A stretch of 64,000 nt of DNA from a virus. Its lineage: Duplodnaviria; Caudoviricetes. Numbering within the stretch: position 1 is the first letter of the stretch; the number at the start of each line of letters is the position of its first letter. Below, piece by piece: positions 27,818 through 36,714 of this stretch. Below the pieces are notes generated by a model. The model saw nothing but the letters and a program-made list of their open reading frames with translations. It was not told where the DNA came from and searched no databases. The position numbers and the translations under genes are program-made. The stretch covers positions 212 through 64,211 of IMG/VR virus record IMGVR_UViG_3300031354_000002; one strand, 5' to 3'.

Positions 27818-30457
27818 TTAACCTCCGTATTTCCATTTTTCTGTCTCCCCCCAATTTAGTCCTATCTTAGCATCTACCTTTAGTGGAACTTTCATAAACG
27901 GGGCTACTCCTTCCATTATCTCCATAAATCTCGGCACCACTTCATCCAGTATCTCGTCCTGAATTTCAAATAGCAGCGAGTCATGTACTTGGATTAGTGG
28001 GTAGCAGACATATCCATCATCTATATACCCTCTATACACCGGGACGAGTCGGCCCATAGCTTCCTTTGTTATCCCGGCGGTCCCCATCTGGAATGGGGCA
28101 TTGGTGGCTTGGCGCTCGGCCTCTGCTACAGCACTCCTGCTAGAAGATCGTATGCCGGGAATATACCTTCTTCTTCCCCACATATCGGTCACATAACCGT
28201 ACCGACGGGCCTCTGCGCGGGTTCGGTTAACGAACCGGGCTACCCCGGAATAGGTCTCAAACCACTTGTTGATCAGGTCTTGGCACAGCCACAGAGGCCA
28301 ATCTTTCTCCTTTGCCCCGCCAACTATCATCTCTCGTTGCAATCCCTTGGCCGAGATGTCGTTTAGCACGCCGAACCCGACCCTTTTCGCCGGGTATCGA
28401 TGTTTCATCTCGTCAAGCTGATTAATCGGCAGTTTGAACATGGCCGAGGCGGTCTGGCTATGGATATCCAGTCCGGACCTGAAGATATGAAGCATCCTTT
28501 CATCCCCGCTGCCGTGAGCGCAGCACCTCATGTCTGCCTGACTGTAATCAATTTCCACCAAGTGGCACCCCGGCGATGCAATATACCCGCGCTTTATCTT
28601 TAATCCCTCTTCGCTTCGGACAGGCTGAGCCATCAAGTTCACTGGTTCCCCGGACGACAATCGTCCTGTATCCGTCCGCGTCACGCGAAGATTGGACCTA
28701 ACTCGGTTGTGCTTGTCCACTACCTTGGGTATAACCTCGGCATAACTGGTTCTCAGCTTGTTATAGGATCGATAATCCCTAACCATCTGCACGATTGGGT
28801 GCTTATCCGCCAGACGCGCCAATACTTTCTCGTCCGTGCTCCAGCCAGTATCCGTCTTCTTATATCTCGGCAAATCCAGTTGGTCGTACAGCAGTTTCTG
28901 CATCTGCAGGGGCGATCCCGGATTCACATCCCATCCCGCCTCTGCGCTGATTCTAGACTGCAGTTCGTCTTCCTTGGACTGCAGATAGGCGCCAAACTCT
29001 ACAAAATGCTGCGGGTTAGTGAGGATTCCATACTTCATCATGTCCGCTACCATGGGCACAGCCCGCATGTCGCGCTCGAAAGTGCCGACCATCTCCTCCG
29101 CTTCTATCCGTCTCTTCATTATAGGGTATATCCTGATAGTAGCGTCAGCATCGGAACAGGCGTAAGTTTTGGCCTCTTCCGGGTCTATATCCCCGAGAAA
29201 TCCTTCCTCCATCACCCCCAGCTCATCCTCAACCATCTTTCTCTCGCGTGGATCGAAATTGAGCCAGCGCTTGCGAGGGTCTATATCTCCTTTCTTGGGC
29301 GAAACCATATCGCGCAGAATGCCACTGGTCTTGCGCCCTATATCCTGCGGCTGGCGCTTCTTTGGCACCCCCTGAACAAACTCCAGAACCGGGTCCGGCT
29401 TGGGCCATTTCCGCTCTACCACCTTATGCAAGTAGTCTATTGCTTTGAAATACGTAGCCGGGGCGACCGCTTCTGCATACGATCCCATCTTCATTCCGCA
29501 GTGCCTGAAAGCTAGGGGTTTCAATCCCTGAGGCTCATTCTGCAGAAGGTACGCCACTATCATCGTGTCGAAGGGGCGCGCCGGATGAATCCCCACAGAC
29601 TCCAGTATCCCCAAGTCTGACAATGTATTGTGTATAATGGACACAATATTGGGGCTAGAAACGAACATGTCCAGCGCCCATATCGCCTCGGTATCCTCCC
29701 TCATTATCATGTTGGAAGTTCCCGGCTCGACAGAGAAAGTTATACACCATAGCTCATTGTTGTTGGTATTCCACTCAACATCCACCGCTATAGTACTCCT
29801 ATTGCCCACTGCGCTCAGCACGTCTCCCGCAGTCCGGCATCGGATGTATCTCTCCTTGCCCGCAAACGGATCTTCTATATGCCGAGATGGGCGCTCCTGC
29901 CGTATTATTCCGAACAGACTCTTAAAATCTGCATATACGTTGAGCATGGTCTTGTTGTCGCGCAATCCTGCAGCCACATGATATAGCGGAACTACTATTC
30001 TTCCATTTTTCTGGAAGGGAATGCCGTGCACAGTCTCCATGTCCACGTCGCCCAGTACCCGCCTCGTGCTGAAACCTCCGATAGTGGCTATTATTTGCGG
30101 GTCAACTCTATCTATCTCATAGTCCAGATAGGCTGAGCAAGCATCAATCTCGTCCTTGCGCGGATTCCTGTTTCCGGGAGGCCTGCATTTAATACTATTC
30201 GTGAGATAGACATTCTCGCGCGGACAAGAATTTATGTTGAGGATGTGATCAAGTTCTGCCCCGCCCGCCGCCGAAGGATGGAACGGGGTCCCGTGTCTAT
30301 CCTCAAACTCGCCGGGGGCCTCGGCTATCATCATTATGGCACATTTCTTAGGGCCTTGCCCCCCAACCACGAGGTTTCTGGTCTCGCTAAGCCTGCATAA
30401 AGTGCAGTTCTTATTTAACGGCCTTCCTACCATCTTCCATCCGCAAAGTCGTTCCAA
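27818..30457 (-). CDS. polA: Family A DNA polymerase with an N-terminal family-4 uracil-DNA-glycosylase-like domain and a 3'-5' exonuclease (SPO1-type architecture)
   Basis: UDG: CTLC, AEAPG, TNSIKCRPP, ACS, LYH. Exo: DVEW, HNTLSD, YACSDAD. Pol: TGRLSS, DYSQADMR, RYPAKRVGFG, NAPFQ, QVHDSLLFE. Confidence 0.92.
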   Translation of the reverse strand: MERLCGWKMVGRPLNKNCTLCRLSETRNLVVGGQGPKKCAIMMIAEAPGEFEDRHGTPFHPSAAGGAELDHILNINSCPRENVYLTNSIKCRPPGNRNPRKDEIDACSAYLDYEIDRVDPQIIATIGGFSTRRVLGDVDMETVHGIPFQKNGRIVVPLYHVAAGLRDNKTMLNVYADFKSLFGIIRQERPSRHIEDPFAGKERYIRCRTAGDVLSAVGNRSTIAVDVEWNTNNNELWCITFSVEPGTSNMIMREDTEAIWALDMFVSSPNIVSIIHNTLSDLGILESVGIHPARPFDTMIVAYLLQNEPQGLKPLAFRHCGMKMGSYAEAVAPATYFKAIDYLHKVVERKWPKPDPVLEFVQGVPKKRQPQDIGRKTSGILRDMVSPKKGDIDPRKRWLNFDPRERKMVEDELGVMEEGFLGDIDPEEAKTYACSDADATIRIYPIMKRRIEAEEMVGTFERDMRAVPMVADMMKYGILTNPQHFVEFGAYLQSKEDELQSRISAEAGWDVNPGSPLQMQKLLYDQLDLPRYKKTDTGWSTDEKVLARLADKHPIVQMVRDYRSYNKLRTSYAEVIPKVVDKHNRVRSNLRVTRTDTGRLSSGEPVNLMAQPVRSEEGLKIKRGYIASPGCHLVEIDYSQADMRCCAHGSGDERMLHIFRSGLDIHSQTASAMFKLPINQLDEMKHRYPAKRVGFGVLNDISAKGLQREMIVGGAKEKDWPLWLCQDLINKWFETYSGVARFVNRTRAEARRYGYVTDMWGRRRYIPGIRSSSRSAVAEAERQATNAPFQMGTAGITKEAMGRLVPVYRGYIDDGYVCYPLIQVHDSLLFEIQDEILDEVVPRFMEIMEGVAPFMKVPLKVDAKIGLNWGETEKWKYGG

Positions 30458-31077
30458 GCCGAGGATGTTGCAGCCCCGAGAAATGAATCCAGCGAGTTAT
30501 TTCCTTCGCCGATCCATTTGTAGTCCTTGATTATATCCCTTGCCAGCAATAAAATTTCTTCCTGATCCTTCAAGTCACTGAGGACTTTCTCTGCTGCTTC
30601 CAGCTTTCGATTTACCATCACTTCCACAGCATTTATCCTGCTGCCAGTGTATTTGACTTTACTGATAGCCTTTTTGATCTTCGATAGGTCTCTGCTGACC
30701 TTTCCAGAATCGTCAATGCATCTCCTCCTTTTCTCGATTATATCGTTCTTGGCCTGCCCGATAATGTCAAACCTGTCTGGATTAGAAATAAACTGACTCA
30801 TCAGGGCATTGAGAGTAGCTAACAAGACATTCATTGCCTCTTGCTCAAGGAAGCTCTCCCTGCTGATAGTGCCATCAACTGGCTCCCCTTTGTCATATCT
30901 CCCCCTCATGCTCGGGTCGCTCAGAACCCGGTATGCCTTCGACACTAGCGCAAATTCATCCTCTGACCCGCCACGGTCGGGATGCGTGTCCATCGCGCGC
31001 TTTCGGTATGCTGCCTTAATAGTCTCCTTGGTAGCTTTCCTGTCTACCCCCAGTGTCTCATATAGGTCCTTGCTCAT
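30427..31077 (-). CDS. J-domain (DnaJ-like) co-chaperone
   Basis: DLYETLGV...IKAAYRKRAMDTHPDRGG...AYRVLSDP..R.RYD with intact HPD; start taken at MSKDL. Confidence 0.88.
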   Translation of the reverse strand: MSKDLYETLGVDRKATKETIKAAYRKRAMDTHPDRGGSEDEFALVSKAYRVLSDPSMRGRYDKGEPVDGTISRESFLEQEAMNVLLATLNALMSQFISNPDRFDIIGQAKNDIIEKRRRCIDDSGKVSRDLSKIKKAISKVKYTGSRINAVEVMVNRKLEAAEKVLSDLKDQEEILLLARDIIKDYKWIGEGNNSLDSFLGAATSSAWNDFADGRW

Positions 31078-31337
31078 GCTAATAACCTCTTCCATAACAT
31101 ATTTTTGGTTCGGGTCGCTACGTGTACCCACGGTACTCCCTTGTTTGTCAAAAATTCCTTCCACTGGTCTAGTATCCACATCCCTTCCCCGCTTGTGCTA
31201 GTAGTATCTACCAGACACATGACGTTCGGGTGCTTTCTGAAATCCTCCACTTTGTACTTATCAACGATAGAATCTTCGTCATATACGTTAAGGAAATCTT
31301 GCCCACTAAACATAGTTATTCCCTCCCGGTCTTCCAC
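31074..31337 (-). CDS. Hypothetical protein
   Basis: Packed ORF. Confidence 0.45.
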   Translation of the reverse strand: MEDREGITMFSGQDFLNVYDEDSIVDKYKVEDFRKHPNVMCLVDTTSTSGEGMWILDQWKEFLTNKGVPWVHVATRTKNMLWKRLLA

Positions 31338-31576
31338 ACTTTATTCCAGACTTCAGCCTGATTGACCAGTCGCCAGAACACGGATTTGGTGTCGTCCCCC
31401 CTCGCCTCTATCAGTACTCCATTTCGGCTCATCGCGCAAAAGATCCGCTTATTCCCATCCCTGACGTAATGGTTGAGACAGACGATATACCACCCATCCA
31501 GTGGGGGAACTTCCCATGGGAACATAACATCTTTCCCAGTGGGGACCCACTTTCCATTTTCGTTCTTGGTAAACAT
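31316..31576 (-). CDS. Hypothetical protein
   Basis: RBS GGAGGA, packed ORF. Confidence 0.55.
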   Translation of the reverse strand: MFTKNENGKWVPTGKDVMFPWEVPPLDGWYIVCLNHYVRDGNKRIFCAMSRNGVLIEARGDDTKSVFWRLVNQAEVWNKVWKTGRE

Positions 31577-31577
31577 G

Positions 31578-32060
31578 TCATCCTCCCTTGTGGTCGATAT
31601 ATAGTTGGTGGCTCCCTCTATATTCCTTCTTTGCTAGGTTATCTGCCACTATCCTCTTCCATACTGGCGGGGTCTGCAGTCCCATTTTCCTTCCGCGTTC
31701 CACCCACCAGCATATCCACCATACCCAATTCGGCAGCATAAGCCAAGATTTCTTGTCGGGCAACCATAATCTCCCCTTTCTAATATTCGATGTGACATGA
31801 GTGTAACACAAAACATAGGCCCTCTCATTTCTCGTTATGGCCAGTGCCAGCCTAGCCCCAGCCATCTCATGCCCCTTCTTGGCCTCATCGTCGCTCAGGT
31901 AATCCCTGCCCCAGATCCCTATGTCGTGCAGCAGAATGCATATCAATTCCCACCATTTGGGCCATGAATGATACTCCCTGCGCCACGCGATCAGAACCGC
32001 TAGGCCATGTATCAGCGGATTGTGATACCCGAATAATACCGATCTCGTTCCTTCTTTCAT
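31578..32060 (-). CDS. HD-superfamily phosphohydrolase-like protein
   Basis: IHG...LLHDIG...GHEMAG...H...PDK metal-ligand spacing; ATGA overlap at 32060. Confidence 0.65.
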   Translation of the reverse strand: MKEGTRSVLFGYHNPLIHGLAVLIAWRREYHSWPKWWELICILLHDIGIWGRDYLSDDEAKKGHEMAGARLALAITRNERAYVLCYTHVTSNIRKGRLWLPDKKSWLMLPNWVWWICWWVERGRKMGLQTPPVWKRIVADNLAKKEYRGSHQLYIDHKGG

Positions 32061-32407
32061 TTTACCCCACCGGGCACTTCCTCCACAATCTGGGTCTTGA
32101 GCCACGCGGCTATAGACTCGGCGTGGCAGCGCAATGGGATGCACCAGCAGAAAAGCCTAACCATCCCGTATTCACTGTATGCCAGCAAAATCTGCTCAAG
32201 GTATTCCTGCACTGCTTTCCTGTTCAGCATAACATCGTTGAAAAATTGTTCGTATTGATCACATACATAATTCCTCTGGGCTTCTCGCAGCATCACATAT
32301 GGATTTTCAAGAGGGGTTCCCCTATCGACCCTGAAATCATAGGGCTTGCTGGGTTTCTCGTTTCTCATGTTGTGTATAGTGATATTCATCGCAACTCCTC
32401 CGTTCAA
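32057..32407 (-). CDS. DUF4326-family protein
   Basis: RVDRGTPLENPY...VCDQY...LFCWC.PLRCHAE.I. Confidence 0.8.
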   Translation of the reverse strand: MNGGVAMNITIHNMRNEKPSKPYDFRVDRGTPLENPYVMLREAQRNYVCDQYEQFFNDVMLNRKAVQEYLEQILLAYSEYGMVRLFCWCIPLRCHAESIAAWLKTQIVEEVPGGVK

Positions 32408-32410
32408 TGG

Positions 32411-32878
32411 TTATTCAAACTCTATCTGTCTATGCTCAATTATATGACAAGTACCGCATAATAATACAACTGTACTGGGGAACCCCTGGCTTATTAATTT
32501 ACTATAAAACTTTCCACCAGAACTCCTTCTATGCTCCCTGCCCCGCCCCTCCGGGTGATGCAACATCAAAGCTTCCGGTCTTGACTCCCCACATTTGGTA
32601 CATTTCCCACCATACGCAGTAACAATCTTCAAGAAGTCCTCTTTAGTTTTATTGCGCCTCTTCACAGCGGAGTATAGTTTATTATCTGAGTAATACTTTT
32701 TATTGTACTGGTCTATATGGCTCTTGTTATCCGCGCGGTATTTGGATCGTGCCTTCCTATACTCCGGGTTGTTCATACACTTCTTACAGTATGAAGAATA
32801 CCCGTCTTTCTTAGTTCTATTCCTATAAAACCCAGATAGCTTAGGTTTAAGAATTCCACATTTTGGGCATTTTTTCAT
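32411..32878 (-). CDS. HNH endonuclease with an N-terminal Zn finger
   Basis: CPKC...FYRNR.KKDGYSSYCKKC; GGKCTKCG...LHH...LLCGTCH; AT-rich. Confidence 0.75.
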   Translation of the reverse strand: MKKCPKCGILKPKLSGFYRNRTKKDGYSSYCKKCMNNPEYRKARSKYRADNKSHIDQYNKKYYSDNKLYSAVKRRNKTKEDFLKIVTAYGGKCTKCGESRPEALMLHHPEGRGREHRRSSGGKFYSKLISQGFPSTVVLLCGTCHIIEHRQIEFE

Positions 32879-33648
32879 CTCAAGCTACTCAATTCTTTAT
32901 AAAGTCTTGAAGCTAATTTTTTCCCAATTCCTGGCACTTTCATAATATCCTTCTCCGCGGCGAATAATAATTCAGATAATGACCCAAAATGCTTAGATAT
33001 TGCAAGACCTTTGTCCCACCCGATACCATCAAACTCCTTTACCAGCCTATGCAGCAGAGTAGGCTTGCGCAGCATAGCCGTTGGGGGAGGCGCCACATTA
33101 AATTGCTTGATATGCGCGCGATGCCTGTCCCACGGTTTGTGCCACCACCGGTACACATCTGACAGCCAGCGCCCGGTCTGCTGTATATTGTCTGTTCGCC
33201 ATACTATAACCCCGCAGCAGATCGCCAGAGTGTTTAGATAATTGCTTATATCTCGCGCCATCTTCATCTGCATGCCCTTCCGGTATGGTTTCCATTTTCC
33301 GCGTGACCACACCTCCAGTATACCGTCGTCCGACCGGGGCCTCCACAGACCCTCCACCAGTATATATACATAATCGTAGTCATTAGACAATTGGATTAGC
33401 TGGTGCCCGGACAGACGCCCGCTCTCCATCGATGATATTAGATCGGATACCGTTTTGCGCTCTACTCCAACCGATACTGCCGAAGTAGGTCCATTTCCGA
33501 TAATAGCAAAGTCTGCTGAGCCTAGGCGAGTTATCTGGTGAGGGGCAGTGACAAAGGGTTCCAGTTCCTTGCTCCCGGCCCTGTCATCTATCAAGAGCGG
33601 GGAGCTGTTTGCCCACATCATTTTGAGATTACCACCTTTTCTACGCAC
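32875..33648 (-). CDS. ERCC4/XPF-family structure-specific nuclease (resolvase) with HhH
   Basis: IDDR, LGSADF, VERKTVSDLISS..SGRL..HQL, ILVEG, VPGIGKKLA. Confidence 0.85.
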   Translation of the reverse strand: MRRKGGNLKMMWANSSPLLIDDRAGSKELEPFVTAPHQITRLGSADFAIIGNGPTSAVSVGVERKTVSDLISSMESGRLSGHQLIQLSNDYDYVYILVEGLWRPRSDDGILEVWSRGKWKPYRKGMQMKMARDISNYLNTLAICCGVIVWRTDNIQQTGRWLSDVYRWWHKPWDRHRAHIKQFNVAPPPTAMLRKPTLLHRLVKEFDGIGWDKGLAISKHFGSLSELLFAAEKDIMKVPGIGKKLASRLYKELSSLR

Positions 33649-33815
33649 CGGAGACTGAATATCTCAACGTCCTTCCTGTTCTCCACTACCATCACATCCC
33701 CAATTAATTCCCAGCTCTGTAATGGGTTCTCGGAATCAGTGGCGAAGAACTGATCATTCCCGTCCGGGTCGTCCCTGTTATATACTACGTTTATTTCATT
33801 GGCGCGCTCTTTCAT
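33618..33815 (-). CDS. Small acidic hypothetical protein
   Basis: Packed ORF. Confidence 0.45.
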   Translation of the reverse strand: MKERANEINVVYNRDDPDGNDQFFATDSENPLQSWELIGDVMVVENRKDVEIFSLRCVEKVVISK

Positions 33816-33823
33816 AGCGTCAC

Positions 33824-34573
33824 CTATTCCCAGTCTTCCGGGCCTGTGTCGGGCAGTATTAGCGACGCCAGCATCGGGAACTCGTTAAATGGCGCTGTGA
33901 AATCGCTGTCCGCAAGATCCGGATTCTGCCTGCAGTTCTCCACATACATGTGAAATGCCCCCGGCTTTACACTCCCGTCCGACTGAACTGTCCCGTCTTC
34001 CCTGTATGCCCTGCAGTTAACCTGCACCAGATACCCTATGTCCTTGAACCCGGCCCTCTCGTACTCGCCGGTAGGCTCATTATTCTCATAGGTCTCTTTC
34101 ATTTTGTGCAATAGGATCAGGTTTTTGTCGCTGGAGTATGCTTTCTTCAGCAGTTTGCGGAACTCAGCATTGACAGGACCATACATGTACGGCATGACCT
34201 GAGTGGTCTTTCCGAACCGCGCCAGACGTATCATCTCCCACCACTCGGTGGCTGTATCCGCCACGATAGTTCGCACCTTTGGGTCTTCCAGCACCGCATA
34301 ATAGGCCTGCACAAACTCATTCCACTCCCGCTTCGCCGCGTCCCATTCTTCCTGCACAGTCATATCGTACACCATGATGTCTTTTCCCTTGAACTTGTTT
34401 ACCACTCCCTCAAGCCCGATATCAACATTGAAATAGGCTATCCGCGAGGGAGCAGTCAGGGCAAAGTGTGATTTTCCCTCCTTGTCGAGCGCTGATACCG
34501 ACATTATCAGCCGGGGGTAAATTTCCGTGTCGGCCTTGCTAAATCCAAGACTCTCAAGTTTCTTATTTGCCAT
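33824..34573 (-). CDS. AAA/RecA-like ATPase (Sak4-like recombinase candidate)
   Basis: Variant Walker A ALDKEGKS, Walker B IVADT; adjacent to an exonuclease. Confidence 0.7.
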   Translation of the reverse strand: MANKKLESLGFSKADTEIYPRLIMSVSALDKEGKSHFALTAPSRIAYFNVDIGLEGVVNKFKGKDIMVYDMTVQEEWDAAKREWNEFVQAYYAVLEDPKVRTIVADTATEWWEMIRLARFGKTTQVMPYMYGPVNAEFRKLLKKAYSSDKNLILLHKMKETYENNEPTGEYERAGFKDIGYLVQVNCRAYREDGTVQSDGSVKPGAFHMYVENCRQNPDLADSDFTAPFNEFPMLASLILPDTGPEDWE

Positions 34574-35168
34574 TCAATTCCTCCATGTATTGTGCTGCTT
34601 CTCGTTTAATGTTTTCCCAATTCTGGTCTATCTCCATCTGATCGAACGTGAATCGAGCTTCCCTGTATATTGGCCCGCTGCCCCTGTAATCTCCCACCAG
34701 ATATAGGATACTCATTATAGCAGTATCAGTATCCATGACCCTGCAGTACCCCTTCAACTGGGACATCCAATAGAAGTCCTCTGAGGGGTCTCTCCTGCTG
34801 GACCTCCATGTACACTTGTACTCCCGCAGTATGATCTTGCGTGGGTTCGGCTCAGCGACCCAATTGCCATCGTCGTCCTCCCATCCGGGGTCTGGCTCTA
34901 CCCCATCCGGTGAACACATTATACCATCCAAGGACTGCTCCTTCAATCTAACTACGAGGCGATCCGCAAAGACGCGCGACCAGATGTCCTCCCATAGGAA
35001 ACCTACCTCGGACGCGATGTCCATGTCCCACCCTTCGGCTGTCTTGGCAGTGCCCATTTTGATAATAGTTCTGCGTATCATGTTCGTCATGTGGATGCCC
35101 GGAGCGCGAACCACCCCCGAACCTAGGGTAATAAACCTATCCGTCTTGTCCGAAATAAACTTCTCCAT
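34563..35168 (-). CDS. PD-(D/E)xK exonuclease (Cas4/YqaJ-like)
   Basis: GFLWE, CSPDG, EYKCTW, QLKGYC. Confidence 0.75.
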   Translation of the reverse strand: MEKFISDKTDRFITLGSGVVRAPGIHMTNMIRRTIIKMGTAKTAEGWDMDIASEVGFLWEDIWSRVFADRLVVRLKEQSLDGIMCSPDGVEPDPGWEDDDGNWVAEPNPRKIILREYKCTWRSSRRDPSEDFYWMSQLKGYCRVMDTDTAIMSILYLVGDYRGSGPIYREARFTFDQMEIDQNWENIKREAAQYMEELNGK

Positions 35169-35869
35169 TACTCCTCCTTTGTTCCTGCCCTGTCAATCTC
35201 TATATCGTCGAATATTACCGGTATTATGCTTTTGGCTTTCTCCAGTAATGGTATCATAATTTCTCTCATCTGTGGGTGCGCAGCCTGAGAGCAGCGAAGT
35301 TCGAAGATATGTCGCCACTCGCGGAAGTTTGTGGTCATGACAATTTCTGTTTTTGTTGAGTTGGGTAGTACAGACCGTGCTTGTTGGGGAGACCAGCCGC
35401 TTCGGGATAACTCATTGTAGCAACGTTCCGCATTAAGCATAGATCTAAACCAAATCCAGTTTGGTGCCCTCCATGGGTTAATTGGTTCATAGGTTTCTGT
35501 GTATTCTCCTTCACCAATACTAACCCAAGGAGGAATCACGAAAGTACACCCTCCCTTATAATTCACATATCTTGTACTTTCCTGAGAAAATGATGCAAGT
35601 CGATGTCGGACAAGTTCATGTGTCACTCCGCGATCACAGATAAATTTTACTGCTATAGCTGAGTGTTCAATTACTGATTCATGGCCATTTTTCAGGATCA
35701 TTTTAGCAAATTTAATAGCTGTCACATTAGCTCCTGCTCCAGACTTATCTTCAGATTTGTAACAGGTGCGTCCAGCTTTCTCGATGAGTTGTAAAGATTC
35801 TACTCCTTGCCCACCTTCAGCAACTCCCATAATGCTTAAGATTTCAAAACTTGGTTTTACTAATATCAT
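35168..35869 (-). CDS. thyX: FAD-dependent thymidylate synthase
   Basis: GHESVIEH, RGVTHELVRHRLASFSQESTRY, ARSVLPN, NFREWRH..ELR...AHPQMR. Confidence 0.95.
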   Translation of the reverse strand: MILVKPSFEILSIMGVAEGGQGVESLQLIEKAGRTCYKSEDKSGAGANVTAIKFAKMILKNGHESVIEHSAIAVKFICDRGVTHELVRHRLASFSQESTRYVNYKGGCTFVIPPWVSIGEGEYTETYEPINPWRAPNWIWFRSMLNAERCYNELSRSGWSPQQARSVLPNSTKTEIVMTTNFREWRHIFELRCSQAAHPQMREIMIPLLEKAKSIIPVIFDDIEIDRAGTKEE

Positions 35870-35942
35870 ATCACTCCTCCTCTATATCTCCCATCGGCGC
35901 CAACCCGCGTCCGACGCGGTTTCTACAAGCCCATCCAGCATA

Positions 35943-36242
35943 TTATGTGCCAGATCCGCCCTCTCCAGAATTATCAGTATCAGGCCAGCTACTATCACTG
36001 CCAGGAATATTGTTGGCAGCATTAAACGCACTATAAGTAGTGCAAGTGCATCGCTGCATCCATGATTCTTCATCTCTACCCTCCCAGTCCTTTAGTATTG
36101 TTCCCAACACATCCACGACGGGCTTGAGATTCTCTATCTCACTGTCGGATAGAAACCCGCTGTATACAATGTCGCGAATCTTGTTGGTGGCTTTCTGCAG
36201 ATTGTTGGCTACACTTGTTCTGGCAACGTTCCAGTATATGTC
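35943..36242 (-). CDS. Hypothetical protein (from MDIYW)
   Basis: RBS AAGGAG; packed ORF. Confidence 0.5.
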   Translation of the reverse strand, partial: DIYWNVARTSVANNLQKATNKIRDIVYSGFLSDSEIENLKPVVDVLGTILKDWEGRDEESWMQRCTCTTYSAFNAANNIPGSDSSWPDTDNSGEGGSGT

Positions 36243-36327
36243 CAAGGCTTACTCCTTTCTGGCTATGCCTAGGTGTATCACCTCTCCTCCCAGCAATGCT
36301 CTTGTTTCCATAGTTTCCTCCGTTAGG

Positions 36328-36499
36328 AGTGGCGACCGGGATTCGATACCCGGACGGACCTGTCCATACAAAAGCAGGCCCCAGCGGTGAGCACTGACGA
36401 CGCGGGTCAGGCGCCGTTGTATGACATACAGGTATGTACCCAAAATTCTGGCCTATCTCCCTGCAAGTTCCGCTTACGTCTATCTTCCGTCATCGCCAC
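36328..36499 (-). ncRNA. tRNA-Leu-like (class II) structured RNA with an 82-nt insert in place of the anticodon loop
   Basis: Acceptor GTGGCGA/TCGCCAC; D arm TG-ACG-GAAGATAGA-CGT-A; anticodon stem AGCGG/CCGCT; variable arm GGGCCTG/CAGGTCC + GT; T arm CCGGG-TATCGAAT-CCCGG. Confidence 0.7.
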
Positions 36500-36504
36500 A
36501 TAGT

Positions 36505-36714
36505 TTATACCGGATCCTCTCCCTCCGGTTTGTATTTCGATTTGTATTTCTGCCTGATGTCCTTCAAAGACTTATCCATCACTTCGCTCAAGCAATTATC
36601 GCACGGCTCAATGCGCAGTTCAATAACCACAGTATCCCCGCTAGAAGATATATTGCTCGTGGCATCCAGCTCCTTGCCACAGAAATCACATATTACTTTG
36701 GTCTCGGTCTTCAT
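36505..36714 (-). CDS. Small Zn-binding protein
   Basis: CDFCG...PCDNC. Confidence 0.55.
   Translation of the reverse strand: MKTETKVICDFCGKELDATSNISSSGDTVVIELRIEPCDNCLSEVMDKSLKDIRQKYKSKYKPEGEDPV

Noticed and set aside
36328-36499. Calling the tRNA-like element a functional tRNA or a standard tmRNA
   Set aside because: No 7-nt anticodon loop, no D-loop GG, 8-nt T-loop, no G3-U70 pair, and far shorter than tmRNA; reported as a novel ncRNA candidate instead
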